From the NCBI GenBank assembly GCA_965206595.1, contig OZ242214.1:5056001-5120000 (forward strand): 64,000 nt of DNA. The letters are read 5' to 3'. Source of the DNA: Candidatus Latescibacterota bacterium (GTDB taxonomy: Bacteria; Latescibacterota; UBA2968; UBA8231). The translations under genes and the position numbers were made by a program. This document shows positions 1 to 9,718 of the stretch, in pieces; position 1 is the first letter of the stretch; each line of letters opens with the position of its first letter. Below the pieces are notes generated by a model, which worked only from the letters and a program-made list of their open reading frames with translations, was not told where the DNA came from and did not search any database.

Positions 1-805
1 TTTCGGCGGCGCGCCGAGTGACGAGGACGCTGAGGCTACCGGCGACGAAACCGAGGAACATAGCCCCGCTGTCCCCCATGAACACGGTGGCCCGGGGAAA
101 GTTGAAAACCAGAAACCCACACGCCGCTCCGATGACGAGCAGTCCCAGGAGCGCCGCGGGAATGTGGCCACACGTCAGAGACAGGTTGACCAACCCGGAC
201 AGGGCTATCGCTGCGACTCCCGCCGACAGCCCTTCCATGTTGTCAAGCATGTTGAAAGCGTTGGTAATGGAAACGATCCAGACAGCGCTGACGGCTGCCG
301 ACAAAAGCGGCTCGGAGCCGGCAATCGGCAGGCTGAAACCGGGAATCCACCCTGCGAGCAAGGAGGCAATCGTCAGCTGCGCGGCCAGGCGAAACAGCGG
401 CGACAGCCCGCGATAGTCATCGATCATGCCGATCAGCCAGACCGCCGAGGCGCAGACGAACAAGGAGACGGCCTGGCTCATTTCTATGACCGTTATCGGA
501 AAATGGCCGAACGGAATCATCCAGTACGGTGCCCAGGGGCTTATCCAGCCTGAGCCGTCCCGGAGCAGGCCGGACGTCTCGTGCAGAAGCGCGCCCAGCG
601 CCCCGGCCGCGGGAAGCAGGCAGGCGGCATACATGGCGACTCCGCCTCCGTACGGGATGACTTTGTGGTGGGATTTGTATGATGCGCTGCCTGGGTCGTC
701 CACCAGACCAACCCGCAGGGCAAGACGGCGGGCGAGGGGAACGCCCAACAGCGTGGCGAGCATCGACGCCGCAGCGACAGCGACGAGGTGCCAGGGTGCG
801 TTCAC
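1..805 (-). CDS. MraY/WecA-family (glycosyltransferase family 4) polyprenyl-phosphate GlcNAc-1-P transferase, runs off window edge
   Basis: Manual reverse translation from GTG at 805 (AGGAG RBS upstream) gives IPYGGG, LIGMIDD, ITNAFNMLDNMEGLSAG and FNFPRATVFMGDSGAMFLG motifs; not in the ORF track because the stop lies outside the window. Confidence 0.9.
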   Translation of the reverse strand, partial: MNAPWHLVAVAAASMLATLLGVPLARRLALRVGLVDDPGSASYKSHHKVIPYGGGVAMYAACLLPAAGALGALLHETSGLLRDGSGWISPWAPYWMIPFGHFPITVIEMSQAVSLFVCASAVWLIGMIDDYRGLSPLFRLAAQLTIASLLAGWIPGFSLPIAGSEPLLSAAVSAVWIVSITNAFNMLDNMEGLSAGVAAIALSGLVNLSLTCGHIPAALLGLLVIGAACGFLVFNFPRATVFMGDSGAMFLGFVAGSLSVLVTRRAAE

Positions 806-980
806 TCGGGGGCGACTCCTAGACTGGCGTTTCTGCGCCCTGGCGTTCCCGAATAGGTGGAGCCCCCGAGGGCAGAACCCGTGCCGTGGAAATTTCCGAG
901 CTCGGAAACAACCTGCCTACAGGGAAAATTGCCAGCCCCCGGGAAGCGCTTGCAGGTGCACCGCGCACCCCTGGAATTGA

Positions 981-1009
981 TTGACATCGAAAAACCGTCC
1001 GGTTACTTT
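981..1009 (+). promoter_or_regulatory. sigma70-type promoter for the WD40-Omp85 gene
   Basis: TTGACA-N17-TACTTT about 45 bp upstream of the start codon. Confidence 0.55.
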
Positions 1010-1052
1010 CGAATCGTGATTGGTATATAGAAATTAGAAAGGTAGACCACAT

Positions 1053-4000
1053 TTGCGAATTCTGGAAACCGCCGGAAAAACAGCGTTTTACGCGCTGATT
1101 TTTGCCCTGATCCTGGCGCCGGCGCCTCCCACCGAAGCCCAGCTGACCAGCTTTCAGACCGATCACTACGTCATCAGCTACTTTCCCGGCGCGGAGGGCA
1201 CGGCGCGGCGGGTCGCAGAGGTCGCCGAAGAGGTGTTCGCCCCGCTGGCGGCTGCGTACGGGTATTACGACGACTACTCCCCGATTCACATCGTCGTTCT
1301 CGACAACAGCGACTTCGGCAATGGCGCCGCGGACAACTACAGTAACACCGTCTACATCTGGGCCTCGGCCCTCGACTGGGAGATCCGCGGTGACCACCCC
1401 TGGATCAAGAACGTCCTCACACACGAGATCTCCCACGTCATGACCCTGGACAAGGCGCGCAAAAGGTGGCCCTTCCGGGTCGCCTTGTTTTCGGTTTCCC
1501 GGTTCGACTCCAACCCCGACATCAGCTTCAACTTCCCGCTTTACTACCTGAACACCCCTGCGTGGTGGGTGGAGGGAATCGCCCAGTTCGCTCCCACGCA
1601 GTTCGGTTGGGACACCTGGGACTCCCACCGCGACATGCTGCTGCGGATGGCGGTGCTCGAAGACGACCTGTCGACCCTGAACGAAATGGGCGGCCTGAGT
1701 CATCGCGGCGGCGGCTACCGCGCCGAGCAGGTCTACAACCAGGGCTTCGGCCTCTTGATGTACACGGCGGCGACGTACGGCGCCGAAAAGGTTCAGGAGC
1801 TGCAGGACAATGTCGGCTCGTTGAGCTTCGATCCGGCGATTCGCAAGGTTCTCGGCATCACGGCAGACCAGCTGTACGACGACTGGGTCCGCTTCATGGA
1901 GGACCAGTACGGCCAGCAGGTCGAAGAAATCGTCGCGGAGGGGTTCTTCGAGGGAAACGAACTCGGTGATGTCAACGAAGGCGTAATCGACTATCACCCT
2001 TCGTATTCTCCGAACGGCAGGAAACTTGCCTACATCACCAGCCAGAACCGTGACTACCGCATCCCGTACGTCGCCATCTACGACTTCGTGACGCGAAAAA
2101 AGAAAGTCCTCAAGGAATTCGTCGACACGCGGATATCCTGGTTTCCCGACTCCGACAAAATCCTGTTTCTGCGCAACAAGAGCGGCTACAACGACCTCTT
2201 CGTCTACGACATCGAAGAAGATGAGGAGCGCCGCATCAGCGCCGGCCTGCGCGCCAGGGACCCGAATGTCTCTCCTGACGGGGAGCGCATCGCTTTCGTG
2301 CGCCTCCGCGACGGCAATCACAACCTGTGTCTGCTCGATGCCGACGGAACCGACCTCGTCCAACTAACCAACCACAACGACCGCACCCAGATCTACGCAC
2401 CGCGGTGGTCCCCCGACGGCGAGTGGATCCTGTTCAGCATTTTCAGCGGCGAAGACCGCGACATCGCCATGATGCGGGCGGACAGTCCACCCCTGCCCAA
2501 GAAAACAGGCCTGCGTCCGCCCAAGGATGACACGCCGGACTCGCTCAAGGTTTTTCCCGACAGTCTCGCCTTTCCAGCCGCGGACACGTCTGGTTTCACC
2601 CCGCTGCTGGCGTCGTCCGCTGACGAGCGCGATCCGTACTGGCTGCCCGACGGCAGCGGCTTCGTCTTCGCCTGCGACCGCACCGGGATCTTCAACATCT
2701 ACCAATACACACTGGAGGCCGGAGAGGTGAGGCAACTCACCAACGTGCTTGGCGGGGCTTTCTCGCCCACCGTATCGAGCGACGGGCGCGTGACCTATTC
2801 AAGCTACCACGCCAACAATTTCGACCTCTACGAGTTCGATCTCGACAGGGCAGGGGAACGAACCGTCCACTGGGACCCCCTTGCCGACCGCGATTATCAG
2901 ACCGCAGTGCGCGGACCGAAACTTTCGGAAGAGTACAGCGTTTTCCGCTACCGGGGCCGGCGCGTGCTCGACATCATTCCCATTTTTCAGGTCGGACCGA
3001 CCTTCATCGGCAATACCTTCGGGCTCAATCAGATCAGCGGCGGCGCCCAGGTTTCCGTCGGTGAAACCCTCGGCGGCGACGTCTTCACTTTCTGGGGAGT
3101 CCTCGGCAAGAACTTTCGCGAGAGCACCGATCTCAACACCAATTTCGGGATCTACGCCGAGCGAAGGCTGCTTCCTGCCGTCGGCAACAACCGCACCTTC
3201 AACCCCACTCTGTGGGCGGGATGGCAGCGCCGGGAGGTCGACTGGGTAATCCGCGGGAGCCAGGTGAACGTCCGCATCGACACGGTGGCAAATACGATCT
3301 ACCCGGTGCCAGTGGACACCGCCAACCTGCTGATCCCGAACGCCATCCGCTACCGCTACGAGGGAGAAGCGAGGAAGGACCTTTTCAAGGATGTTTTTCA
3401 GCTGTGGTCCGTCGGGGTAGATCTGCCGGTCAGCAGGCGGCAACAGCTCACGGCGTTGTACACCAACCGCAACTACGACGAGAACTGGTCGCTGCATCGG
3501 TATCGCCAGCGCCTCGAGACATACATAGTCCAGGACAGCGTCGACATTACCGGGATCCTGCCTCGCTCCCTTACCAGTCGCGACACCACGACGGTGACTC
3601 CGGACGACCAGTTTTCATTCTATGACGATCTGGGTTTCTTCACCTCGAACGATCTGACCCTGGCGTGGAATTACCGCAGGATCAAACCGACCGCCGATCG
3701 CATGATCAATGCGACGGGGCGCTCGATGGCCCTCATCTACCGCTACATGAAGTCCAACCTCGCCGATTCGCTCGCCTTTACGGTGGATGACGGCATGCCG
3801 CACGACCTGCTGATTCCCGCGCGGCGTCCGCTGACTATCAACGAGTACGTAGGGGCCTACACCGAGAGGGTCGGGCTGCCGTTTCGCAACACCCTGACCT
3901 GGGAGATCGTCGCAGCCTACCGCAACCTGCGCGTGAAGCCACCTTTCAACCCTGAGGGGGGATTCTTCGAAGGCCGCTACTACTGGCCTCTCCGCTATTA

Positions 4001-4406
4001 CCTGGGGGGACGGAACTTTTTGAGTGGATACCCGTATTTCGTACGGTCCGGATCGAAACTGCTGTACGGCCGCTTTGCCTACGGGTTTCCCCTGTTTCGC
4101 CGTCTCAACATGGGATTCCTGAACTTCAACTTCACCAAGGTCTACGCGGAGCTTTTTGCCGAGACCGGGGCGGTCGGCAACTTCCGCACCCTGAAGCTCG
4201 ATGACTTCGATACCGACTCGTTCCTGTCGGACGTCGGCGGCGAGGTGCGCATGGAGCTGTACACCTTCTACCGCATTCCAATGCGGGCATTCTTCCAGGT
4301 TTCCCATCCCCTCAATCGCGATCGCGTCGAACTCGACCCGGACGAGCCGGAACTCGACAAATGGCGCTATTACTTCGGCCTCGGACTGCTGGGGCGGGGG
4401 TTGTAG
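1053..4406 (+). CDS. Outer-membrane protein: gluzincin-like domain + PD40/TolB-like beta-propeller + C-terminal Omp85-like barrel
   Basis: Signal peptide; HEISH...EGIAQ zinc motif; repeated P.(W/Y)SPDG PD40 units; C-terminal LSGY and aromatic-rich beta strands. Confidence 0.75.
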   Translation: MRILETAGKTAFYALIFALILAPAPPTEAQLTSFQTDHYVISYFPGAEGTARRVAEVAEEVFAPLAAAYGYYDDYSPIHIVVLDNSDFGNGAADNYSNTVYIWASALDWEIRGDHPWIKNVLTHEISHVMTLDKARKRWPFRVALFSVSRFDSNPDISFNFPLYYLNTPAWWVEGIAQFAPTQFGWDTWDSHRDMLLRMAVLEDDLSTLNEMGGLSHRGGGYRAEQVYNQGFGLLMYTAATYGAEKVQELQDNVGSLSFDPAIRKVLGITADQLYDDWVRFMEDQYGQQVEEIVAEGFFEGNELGDVNEGVIDYHPSYSPNGRKLAYITSQNRDYRIPYVAIYDFVTRKKKVLKEFVDTRISWFPDSDKILFLRNKSGYNDLFVYDIEEDEERRISAGLRARDPNVSPDGERIAFVRLRDGNHNLCLLDADGTDLVQLTNHNDRTQIYAPRWSPDGEWILFSIFSGEDRDIAMMRADSPPLPKKTGLRPPKDDTPDSLKVFPDSLAFPAADTSGFTPLLASSADERDPYWLPDGSGFVFACDRTGIFNIYQYTLEAGEVRQLTNVLGGAFSPTVSSDGRVTYSSYHANNFDLYEFDLDRAGERTVHWDPLADRDYQTAVRGPKLSEEYSVFRYRGRRVLDIIPIFQVGPTFIGNTFGLNQISGGAQVSVGETLGGDVFTFWGVLGKNFRESTDLNTNFGIYAERRLLPAVGNNRTFNPTLWAGWQRREVDWVIRGSQVNVRIDTVANTIYPVPVDTANLLIPNAIRYRYEGEARKDLFKDVFQLWSVGVDLPVSRRQQLTALYTNRNYDENWSLHRYRQRLETYIVQDSVDITGILPRSLTSRDTTTVTPDDQFSFYDDLGFFTSNDLTLAWNYRRIKPTADRMINATGRSMALIYRYMKSNLADSLAFTVDDGMPHDLLIPARRPLTINEYVGAYTERVGLPFRNTLTWEIVAAYRNLRVKPPFNPEGGFFEGRYYWPLRYYLGGRNFLSGYPYFVRSGSKLLYGRFAYGFPLFRRLNMGFLNFNFTKVYAELFAETGAVGNFRTLKLDDFDTDSFLSDVGGEVRMELYTFYRIPMRAFFQVSHPLNRDRVELDPDEPELDKWRYYFGLGLLGRGL

Positions 4407-4415
4407 AAGCGGCGC

Positions 4416-4544
4416 GTGGTCCGGGTCGACCTGCGCAAACTGGCACTGCGGCTCAAAGTCGTAGAGATGCTCAAGATCCATGCCGAGCGCAGACGGATGC
4501 GCGAGGCGCAGGCCCTGTGGCGCCGCCTGATCCGCCCGAACTAG
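4416..4544 (+). CDS. small basic hypothetical protein (42 aa)
   Basis: GTG..TAG frame MVRVDLRKLALRLKVVEMLKIHAERRRMREAQALWRRLIRPN with host-like G/C third positions, 9 bp after the upstream stop. Confidence 0.45.
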   Translation: MVRVDLRKLALRLKVVEMLKIHAERRRMREAQALWRRLIRPN

Positions 4545-4783
4545 TGTCGAGTCCCATCATTTTCTATGCCATCCGTCCGCCGACTCATCTTGAGGGAAAA
4601 ATTGCGGTTCAATTGAACCTCATCTGTGCGACTATTCCCTCAATTCCGCATCGGCGGATGAATTTTTGCAATCCATTTCTTGGACAGGGCATCGGCATCC
4701 CCGCTCGCCGCCTGGAGATTCCGTGAAGCGCGACATCCCTTTCATGTGCGGTTAGGCGCCATGCCTCGCGGACTTTCCGGAAG

Positions 4784-5527
4784 ATGAGCCGGAAGCCGGT
4801 GAAAATTCGGCGAATCAAAGCCGGTCTGTTGCTCGCCGCGGCCATCCCGGCCTGCGATGAGGGACCGCCTCCAGATCCAGCGCATGCCCGCATGCGGATG
4901 AAGACGGAAGCCCTTCGCGAGCAGATCTCCGCCGCCCCTGACTCGCAGCGTCTCCACTACCGCCTGGGAATGGTGTTCGCCGAATTCGGTTACCTCGACT
5001 CGGCCAGTACCGCTCTCGAACGCTGCCTTCTCATCGAACCCGCCCTTCCCGAGGTCCACTTCGAGCTCGGGGACTTGTACCTGCAGCAGAACAGACTCGA
5101 CGCCGCGGCTGCGGCGTACGAGCAGGCAGTCAGGTGCAAGCCGGACTGGGTCGACGCCTTCAACAACCTCGGATTCGTCTACAAGAAAGCCGGCCGACTC
5201 GACCTCGCCGAGTCGGCGTACGTGCGCGCCCTGCAACTCGACTCGAGCTTCGTGCAGGCGTACAACAACCTCGGTCAAGTGTACAAGCAGAGGGGGGAGT
5301 GGAGCGAAGCGATCCGCCTGTACCAAAAGGCTATTTCAGCCCGGCCGATGTTCCAGGAAGCCTACCTGAACTTGGTCATGGCGTACAAGCGCAGCGGTGA
5401 CCACGGCAAGGAAATCGAGGTTCTGCGAGATATCGTCGAGCTCTTCGGCGCCGCTGACAAGTGGGGAGCCTACGCCGAAAGCCGCCTTTTGGAGCTGCAG
5501 GAATTCGGCGGTAGCTCCACCTTATAG
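4784..5527 (+). CDS. TPR-repeat protein, possible lipoprotein
   Basis: Repeated A(Y/F)NNLG.VY TPR motifs; LAAAIPAC lipobox-like N-terminus. Confidence 0.8.
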   Translation: MSRKPVKIRRIKAGLLLAAAIPACDEGPPPDPAHARMRMKTEALREQISAAPDSQRLHYRLGMVFAEFGYLDSASTALERCLLIEPALPEVHFELGDLYLQQNRLDAAAAAYEQAVRCKPDWVDAFNNLGFVYKKAGRLDLAESAYVRALQLDSSFVQAYNNLGQVYKQRGEWSEAIRLYQKAISARPMFQEAYLNLVMAYKRSGDHGKEIEVLRDIVELFGAADKWGAYAESRLLELQEFGGSSTL

Positions 5528-5914
5528 GGCTGCTCCGCCTGGCCCCTGCGTTCTGCGTTCGAAGAGCTGCAGGTTGAGGTCGTTCGGCCCTTCGAAGAAG
5601 GCCAGGTGAATACCACCCGCTCCCGCGTCTAAAGGCTCCTTCGTTATCGTCACCCCCTTTTCCCGCAGCTCCTCGGTTACCGCCTCGATCTCCTCTACCG
5701 CGAAGGATACGTGGTGAAAGCCCACGGGGTGCCCCGTAGACTTCGCGGGCATCAGCTCGAGAATGATGTCGCCGGCCTTCATGAAAACGTAGTCGTCGTC
5801 ATCCTCGTTGGGGAAGCGCTCGCTGACTTCGAGCCCAAGGGTTTTTGTGAAAAAGCCCACCGCGCTTTCCACGTCATCCGTAACGAAGGCGATTTTGTGA
5901 ATCCTATTGACCAT
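5522..5914 (-). CDS. VOC/glyoxalase family protein
   Basis: HKIAFVTDD..A..FF...LG, GFHHVSFAV and LAFFEGP motifs. Confidence 0.85.
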   Translation of the reverse strand: MVNRIHKIAFVTDDVESAVGFFTKTLGLEVSERFPNEDDDDYVFMKAGDIILELMPAKSTGHPVGFHHVSFAVEEIEAVTEELREKGVTITKEPLDAGAGGIHLAFFEGPNDLNLQLFERRTQGPGGAAL

Positions 5915-6491
5915 CGGTCGATTCCTGAGAATTTGGATGGGATTGCAGTCGTAGAACTCGGCGAATGTAATCGAGGCTCGACGCCAACAGCAGGGTTGTC
6001 GCTACAGCGACAGCCGCCTGTGCGAGCCCTCGCGGAGCGGCAAAGACGTACCCGGCAAGGGCGAGAACCATGGTAGCCGTGGCCGCCTTGCCCAGCGGGG
6101 AGGCCAGAAGGACGAGTCCACGAGTTCGAAACAGATATACGCTGACCGAAACGATGGCGGCATCCCTGACGAGCTGCAAAGCCATCAGCCACACCGGAAA
6201 GTCGAACCACACCACCAGCGCCAAACCGAGCCCACCGACCGCTACCTTGTCGGCCAGGGGATCGAGAATCTTCCCGGTCCGGGAAACAAGCCCGAACCTG
6301 CGAGCACAATAGCCGTCGAAGAAATCGGTCGCAGCGGCCCCGATCAGCAGGACTCCCGAAAACCACGAAGCCCCGGTGCCATCGCCGGTTTCGGCATCGC
6401 GGCGCAAGCTCAACAGCAACGCGGGAACAAGAGCGACGCGAAGAGCGCTGAGCGCATTCGGAAGCGCGGAAAGGATACCGCCGGCGATCAC
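5904..6491 (-). CDS. pgsA: CDP-alcohol phosphatidyltransferase (PgsA-like)
   Basis: PNALSALR and TDFFDGYCARR...GKILDPLADK signature. Confidence 0.85.
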   Translation of the reverse strand: MIAGGILSALPNALSALRVALVPALLLSLRRDAETGDGTGASWFSGVLLIGAAATDFFDGYCARRFGLVSRTGKILDPLADKVAVGGLGLALVVWFDFPVWLMALQLVRDAAIVSVSVYLFRTRGLVLLASPLGKAATATMVLALAGYVFAAPRGLAQAAVAVATTLLLASSLDYIRRVLRLQSHPNSQESTDGQ

Positions 6492-8200
6492 CTCAGCAGC
6501 TCTTCGGCGTGCTGTCGCGCTGTTTCCGATACCGATTCCCCGGCCAGAAGACGAGCTACTTCCTCTCGGCGTTCTGCCCCATCGGACAGGGGATGGACCT
6601 CGGTCACGGTGCGCCCGCAGCGCTGGATCTTGCGCACCGAAAAATGACAGTCTGCGAGGCTCGCGATCTGCGGCAGGTGAGTGATCGCAATCGCTTGGTG
6701 GGAGTGGGCAAGGTTCTTGAGCCGCTGCCCGACAGCGCTGGCAGTGCGACCGGAAATACCGGCGTCGACCTCGTCGAAAACGAGGGTCGACACCACGTCC
6801 CGCTCGGCGATGATCCCCTTGAGAACTAGCATGATGCGCGAGATCTCGCCACCCGAGGCAACTTGGGCGAGGGGGCGAGGCGGCTCCCCGGGGTTTGCGG
6901 AAATGAAAAAAACCACTTTCTCAACCCCGGTGGCGTCGGCCCGGTAGGGGACCCCGTCGATTTCTACGAGGCCGTTCGGATCTCGCTCCCGAGTGCACCT
7001 CGCCTCGAAGCAGGCGCCGGGTATGCCCAAGGCCCGGAGTCCTTTCTCAACCTCTCCTGAAAGGATCGACGCAGCTCGCTTGCGACGCCCTGACAGAACA
7101 AGACAGTCCCGGGCAAATCTTTCCGCGATCTCGGCGAAACGACTGCCCGCCGCGGCGATCACACGCTCCATTTCCTCCAGGCGATCCCCTGCGACCTCCA
7201 GTTCCCGGGCGGTCCTGACCACGTCGGCAAACGTGCCGCCGTACTTACGAGTAAGGCGATGCAGCTCGAACAGACGCTCCCGCGCCTGCTCGAGCCGCTC
7301 GGGATCTGGCTCCAGGCGATCGAGATACTCCTGGAAACTGGCGGCCACGTCCTCGGCGCGAAACAGCAGTTGCTCCACCGCCTCGACGAGCTGCCGGAGA
7401 CGCGGGTCGATCTCGACAAGCCGATCCAGCTGGCGCCGGCAGCCACCGAGGGTCTCCACAGTGGCTCCGTCGTTCCGGTACAGTTGATCGAAGACCGAAC
7501 CCACTTCGGACGAGAGTTCGGCCTGGTTGGCCAGCACTCTCACCTCTGTTTCCAGGAGATCGTCTTCTCCCTCCGCGGGGCCGATGTGCCGAATTTCCTC
7601 CAGCTGGAAAACACGAAGCTCTTCCTCTTTTAGCAACTCGGCACGTTCCCGTTCGAGGGTCGCCAGCTCATCTGCGCAGCCTTCGACCTCGTTGAAGGAC
7701 ACCCGGACTGCAGTGACGAATCTTCCCAGTTGTGCGCAGTCGTCGAGAAAACGGGCGTGCTGGTCTTCGTCGAGAAGAGACTGATGCTCGTGCTGGCCGT
7801 GAAGGTCGATTAGTGCTCCGCCAATCTCCTGCTGCTTTTTCAGGGGCACGATACGGCCATCGACAAAGGCGCGGGAACGGGCGCTTTCCCTGATTTCGCG
7901 CCGAAGCACGAGCTGTTGGCCGGCGACCTCGACCCCCATCCGCCCCAGCCTCTCCAATGCTGCACTACTTGGGACCTCGGTCTCATCGAACTCGAACAAC
8001 CCCTCGACCACACAGCGGTCGCAGCCGGCGCGAATCAGATCGGTTCGCGCCGGCCCACCGAGAATGCAGTTCAGGGCCCCGAGAAGGATCGACTTTCCGG
8101 CGCCCGTTTCACCGGTAATGATGTTGAGCCCCCGGCCGAACTCGATCTCGGCGCGCTCGATCAGTGCGAAATTTTCTATGAGGAGCCGGGTCAGCATCAC
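6488..8200 (-). CDS. recN: DNA repair protein RecN
   Basis: TGETGAGKS Walker A, HGQHEHQSL, ASGGEISR, FDEVDAGISG, ITHLPQIA. Confidence 0.97.
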   Translation of the reverse strand: MMLTRLLIENFALIERAEIEFGRGLNIITGETGAGKSILLGALNCILGGPARTDLIRAGCDRCVVEGLFEFDETEVPSSAALERLGRMGVEVAGQQLVLRREIRESARSRAFVDGRIVPLKKQQEIGGALIDLHGQHEHQSLLDEDQHARFLDDCAQLGRFVTAVRVSFNEVEGCADELATLERERAELLKEEELRVFQLEEIRHIGPAEGEDDLLETEVRVLANQAELSSEVGSVFDQLYRNDGATVETLGGCRRQLDRLVEIDPRLRQLVEAVEQLLFRAEDVAASFQEYLDRLEPDPERLEQARERLFELHRLTRKYGGTFADVVRTARELEVAGDRLEEMERVIAAAGSRFAEIAERFARDCLVLSGRRKRAASILSGEVEKGLRALGIPGACFEARCTRERDPNGLVEIDGVPYRADATGVEKVVFFISANPGEPPRPLAQVASGGEISRIMLVLKGIIAERDVVSTLVFDEVDAGISGRTASAVGQRLKNLAHSHQAIAITHLPQIASLADCHFSVRKIQRCGRTVTEVHPLSDGAERREEVARLLAGESVSETARQHAEELLR

Positions 8201-8208
8201 CGCCTGCC

Positions 8209-8475
8209 TCAGTCGCCAGTGTCGGAGTCCTGGTCGGGTGCCTCTTCGAGAAACTCGAGCTCGAACTCTCCACCAACTTTCTCGATCAGCACTTGGACCC
8301 GCTTGCGCGTCTGATCCAGCATCCTTCCGCAGACACGCGAGGCAGCAACTCCCCGCTCGAAGACCAGAAGGGACTCCTCCAGCGTCAGGGGCCCGGATTC
8401 CAGGCGCTCCACGCTTTCTTCCAGCAGCGCCATCGCCTCCTCGAAACTTTGCTGTGCGGTCGAATCTTCAGTCAT
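8209..8475 (-). CDS. xseB: Exodeoxyribonuclease VII small subunit
   Basis: SFEEAMALLE..V..LESG.LTLEESL..FERG; start at MTEDST overlapping the xseA end. Confidence 0.93.
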   Translation of the reverse strand: MTEDSTAQQSFEEAMALLEESVERLESGPLTLEESLLVFERGVAASRVCGRMLDQTRKRVQVLIEKVGGEFELEFLEEAPDQDSDTGD

Positions 8476-9718
8476 TGCCTTTCGTCCCAGTTGCCGGCCG
8501 GATGGTGAACCGCCTGCTCGGTAAAACCTCTTCGACGAGACAGCCCGCCTCACCCTCTGCGAAACGCAGCCGCAGGCGGTCCCCGGGAATCAGGTCGCCG
8601 CCGCGGCTCACGGGCAGTCCGCTTCCGGCACGTGAACAGTAGGCATATCCACGCGACAACCCGACGAGGGGATCGGTCGATTTCAGCCGCAGAACGGAGG
8701 TCCGGAACCGGGCCCCCGTTTTTATCAAGTGTCGGTCCAGGGCCTCGGCGAGCCGGCCGCGCATCTCATCCAGGCCCTGTTCCGACTGCCCAAAGCGCCC
8801 GCGCAGGGCATCCAGCAAGCGCTCGGGGCCGCGGTCTTCCAGGCGCCGCCGGGATCCGGCGAGACCTTCGCGCATTACCCGCAACAGATCCTTGGTACGA
8901 GCGGCAACTTGCCGCCGCAGCTCCATCTGGTCGGGGGTTGCCAGCTCCGCGGCTGCGGAAGGGGTTGGTGCGCGGATATCCGCAACGTAATCGGCGATCG
9001 TGTAGTCGATCTCGTGGCCGACCGCAGACACCACCGGAACCTTGGAGTCATGGATCGCGCGAGCCACAACTTCCTCGTTGAATGGCCAGAGGTCCTCCGG
9101 CGATCCTCCGCCGCGACCGACGATCAATACATCCGCTTCGGAATGGGCGTTCAGATCGGCGATGCCATTTGCGATTGCCTGGGCGGCTCCGGGGCCCTGT
9201 ACCCGTGACGGGCGCAGCACGATCTGCACTCCCGGTGAGCGCCGCTGCACGATCTGAAGAATATCCCTTATCGCGGCTCCGCGGGCAGAGGTTACAACGC
9301 CTACACACCGCGGGAAGCGGGGAAGGGGTTTCTTCCGTTCCTCCGCAAACAGGCCCTCGGCTTCGAGGCGGGCGCGCAGGCGCTCGAAAGCGACCGCCAT
9401 TTCCCCGACCCCGACCGGCTGCACCCAGTACACCTGCAACTGGTAGCGCCCTCCGCGCTCGTAGACCGAGACGTTTCCGTAGACAAGCAGCTGCACACCG
9501 GGCTCGGGAATAAAGCTCAGCTCGCGGGCGTAAAATCGAAACATCACGCAACTGACCTGACTCGACTCGTCTCGCAGCGTCCAGTAGCAATGCCCCGACG
9601 AGGCACGCGAAAAATCGGATACCTCCCCGATGACCCACCCTATCTCCAGCGACTCTTCAAGGACGCTTTTTACCCGCGCCGTGATCTCCGAGACCGTCAG
9701 GGCCCGGTTCGCCATCAC
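8468..9718 (-). CDS. xseA: Exodeoxyribonuclease VII large subunit
   Basis: SGHCYWTLRD, GRGGGSPEDLWPFNEE, VGHEIDYTIAD, APTPSAAAE. Confidence 0.97.
   Translation of the reverse strand: MMANRALTVSEITARVKSVLEESLEIGWVIGEVSDFSRASSGHCYWTLRDESSQVSCVMFRFYARELSFIPEPGVQLLVYGNVSVYERGGRYQLQVYWVQPVGVGEMAVAFERLRARLEAEGLFAEERKKPLPRFPRCVGVVTSARGAAIRDILQIVQRRSPGVQIVLRPSRVQGPGAAQAIANGIADLNAHSEADVLIVGRGGGSPEDLWPFNEEVVARAIHDSKVPVVSAVGHEIDYTIADYVADIRAPTPSAAAELATPDQMELRRQVAARTKDLLRVMREGLAGSRRRLEDRGPERLLDALRGRFGQSEQGLDEMRGRLAEALDRHLIKTGARFRTSVLRLKSTDPLVGLSRGYAYCSRAGSGLPVSRGGDLIPGDRLRLRFAEGEAGCLVEEVLPSRRFTIRPATGTKGND

Noticed and set aside
819-2363. Long antisense ORFs (e.g. 819-2363, 32699-33790, 53286-54911, 59086-60546)
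   Set aside because: Shadow frames opposite well-supported genes, expected in high-GC DNA; no recognisable motifs
4541-4570. Second IS630-like end (CTAGTGTC)
   Set aside because: Only 8 bp are shared with the 30230 end; no partner IR or transposase
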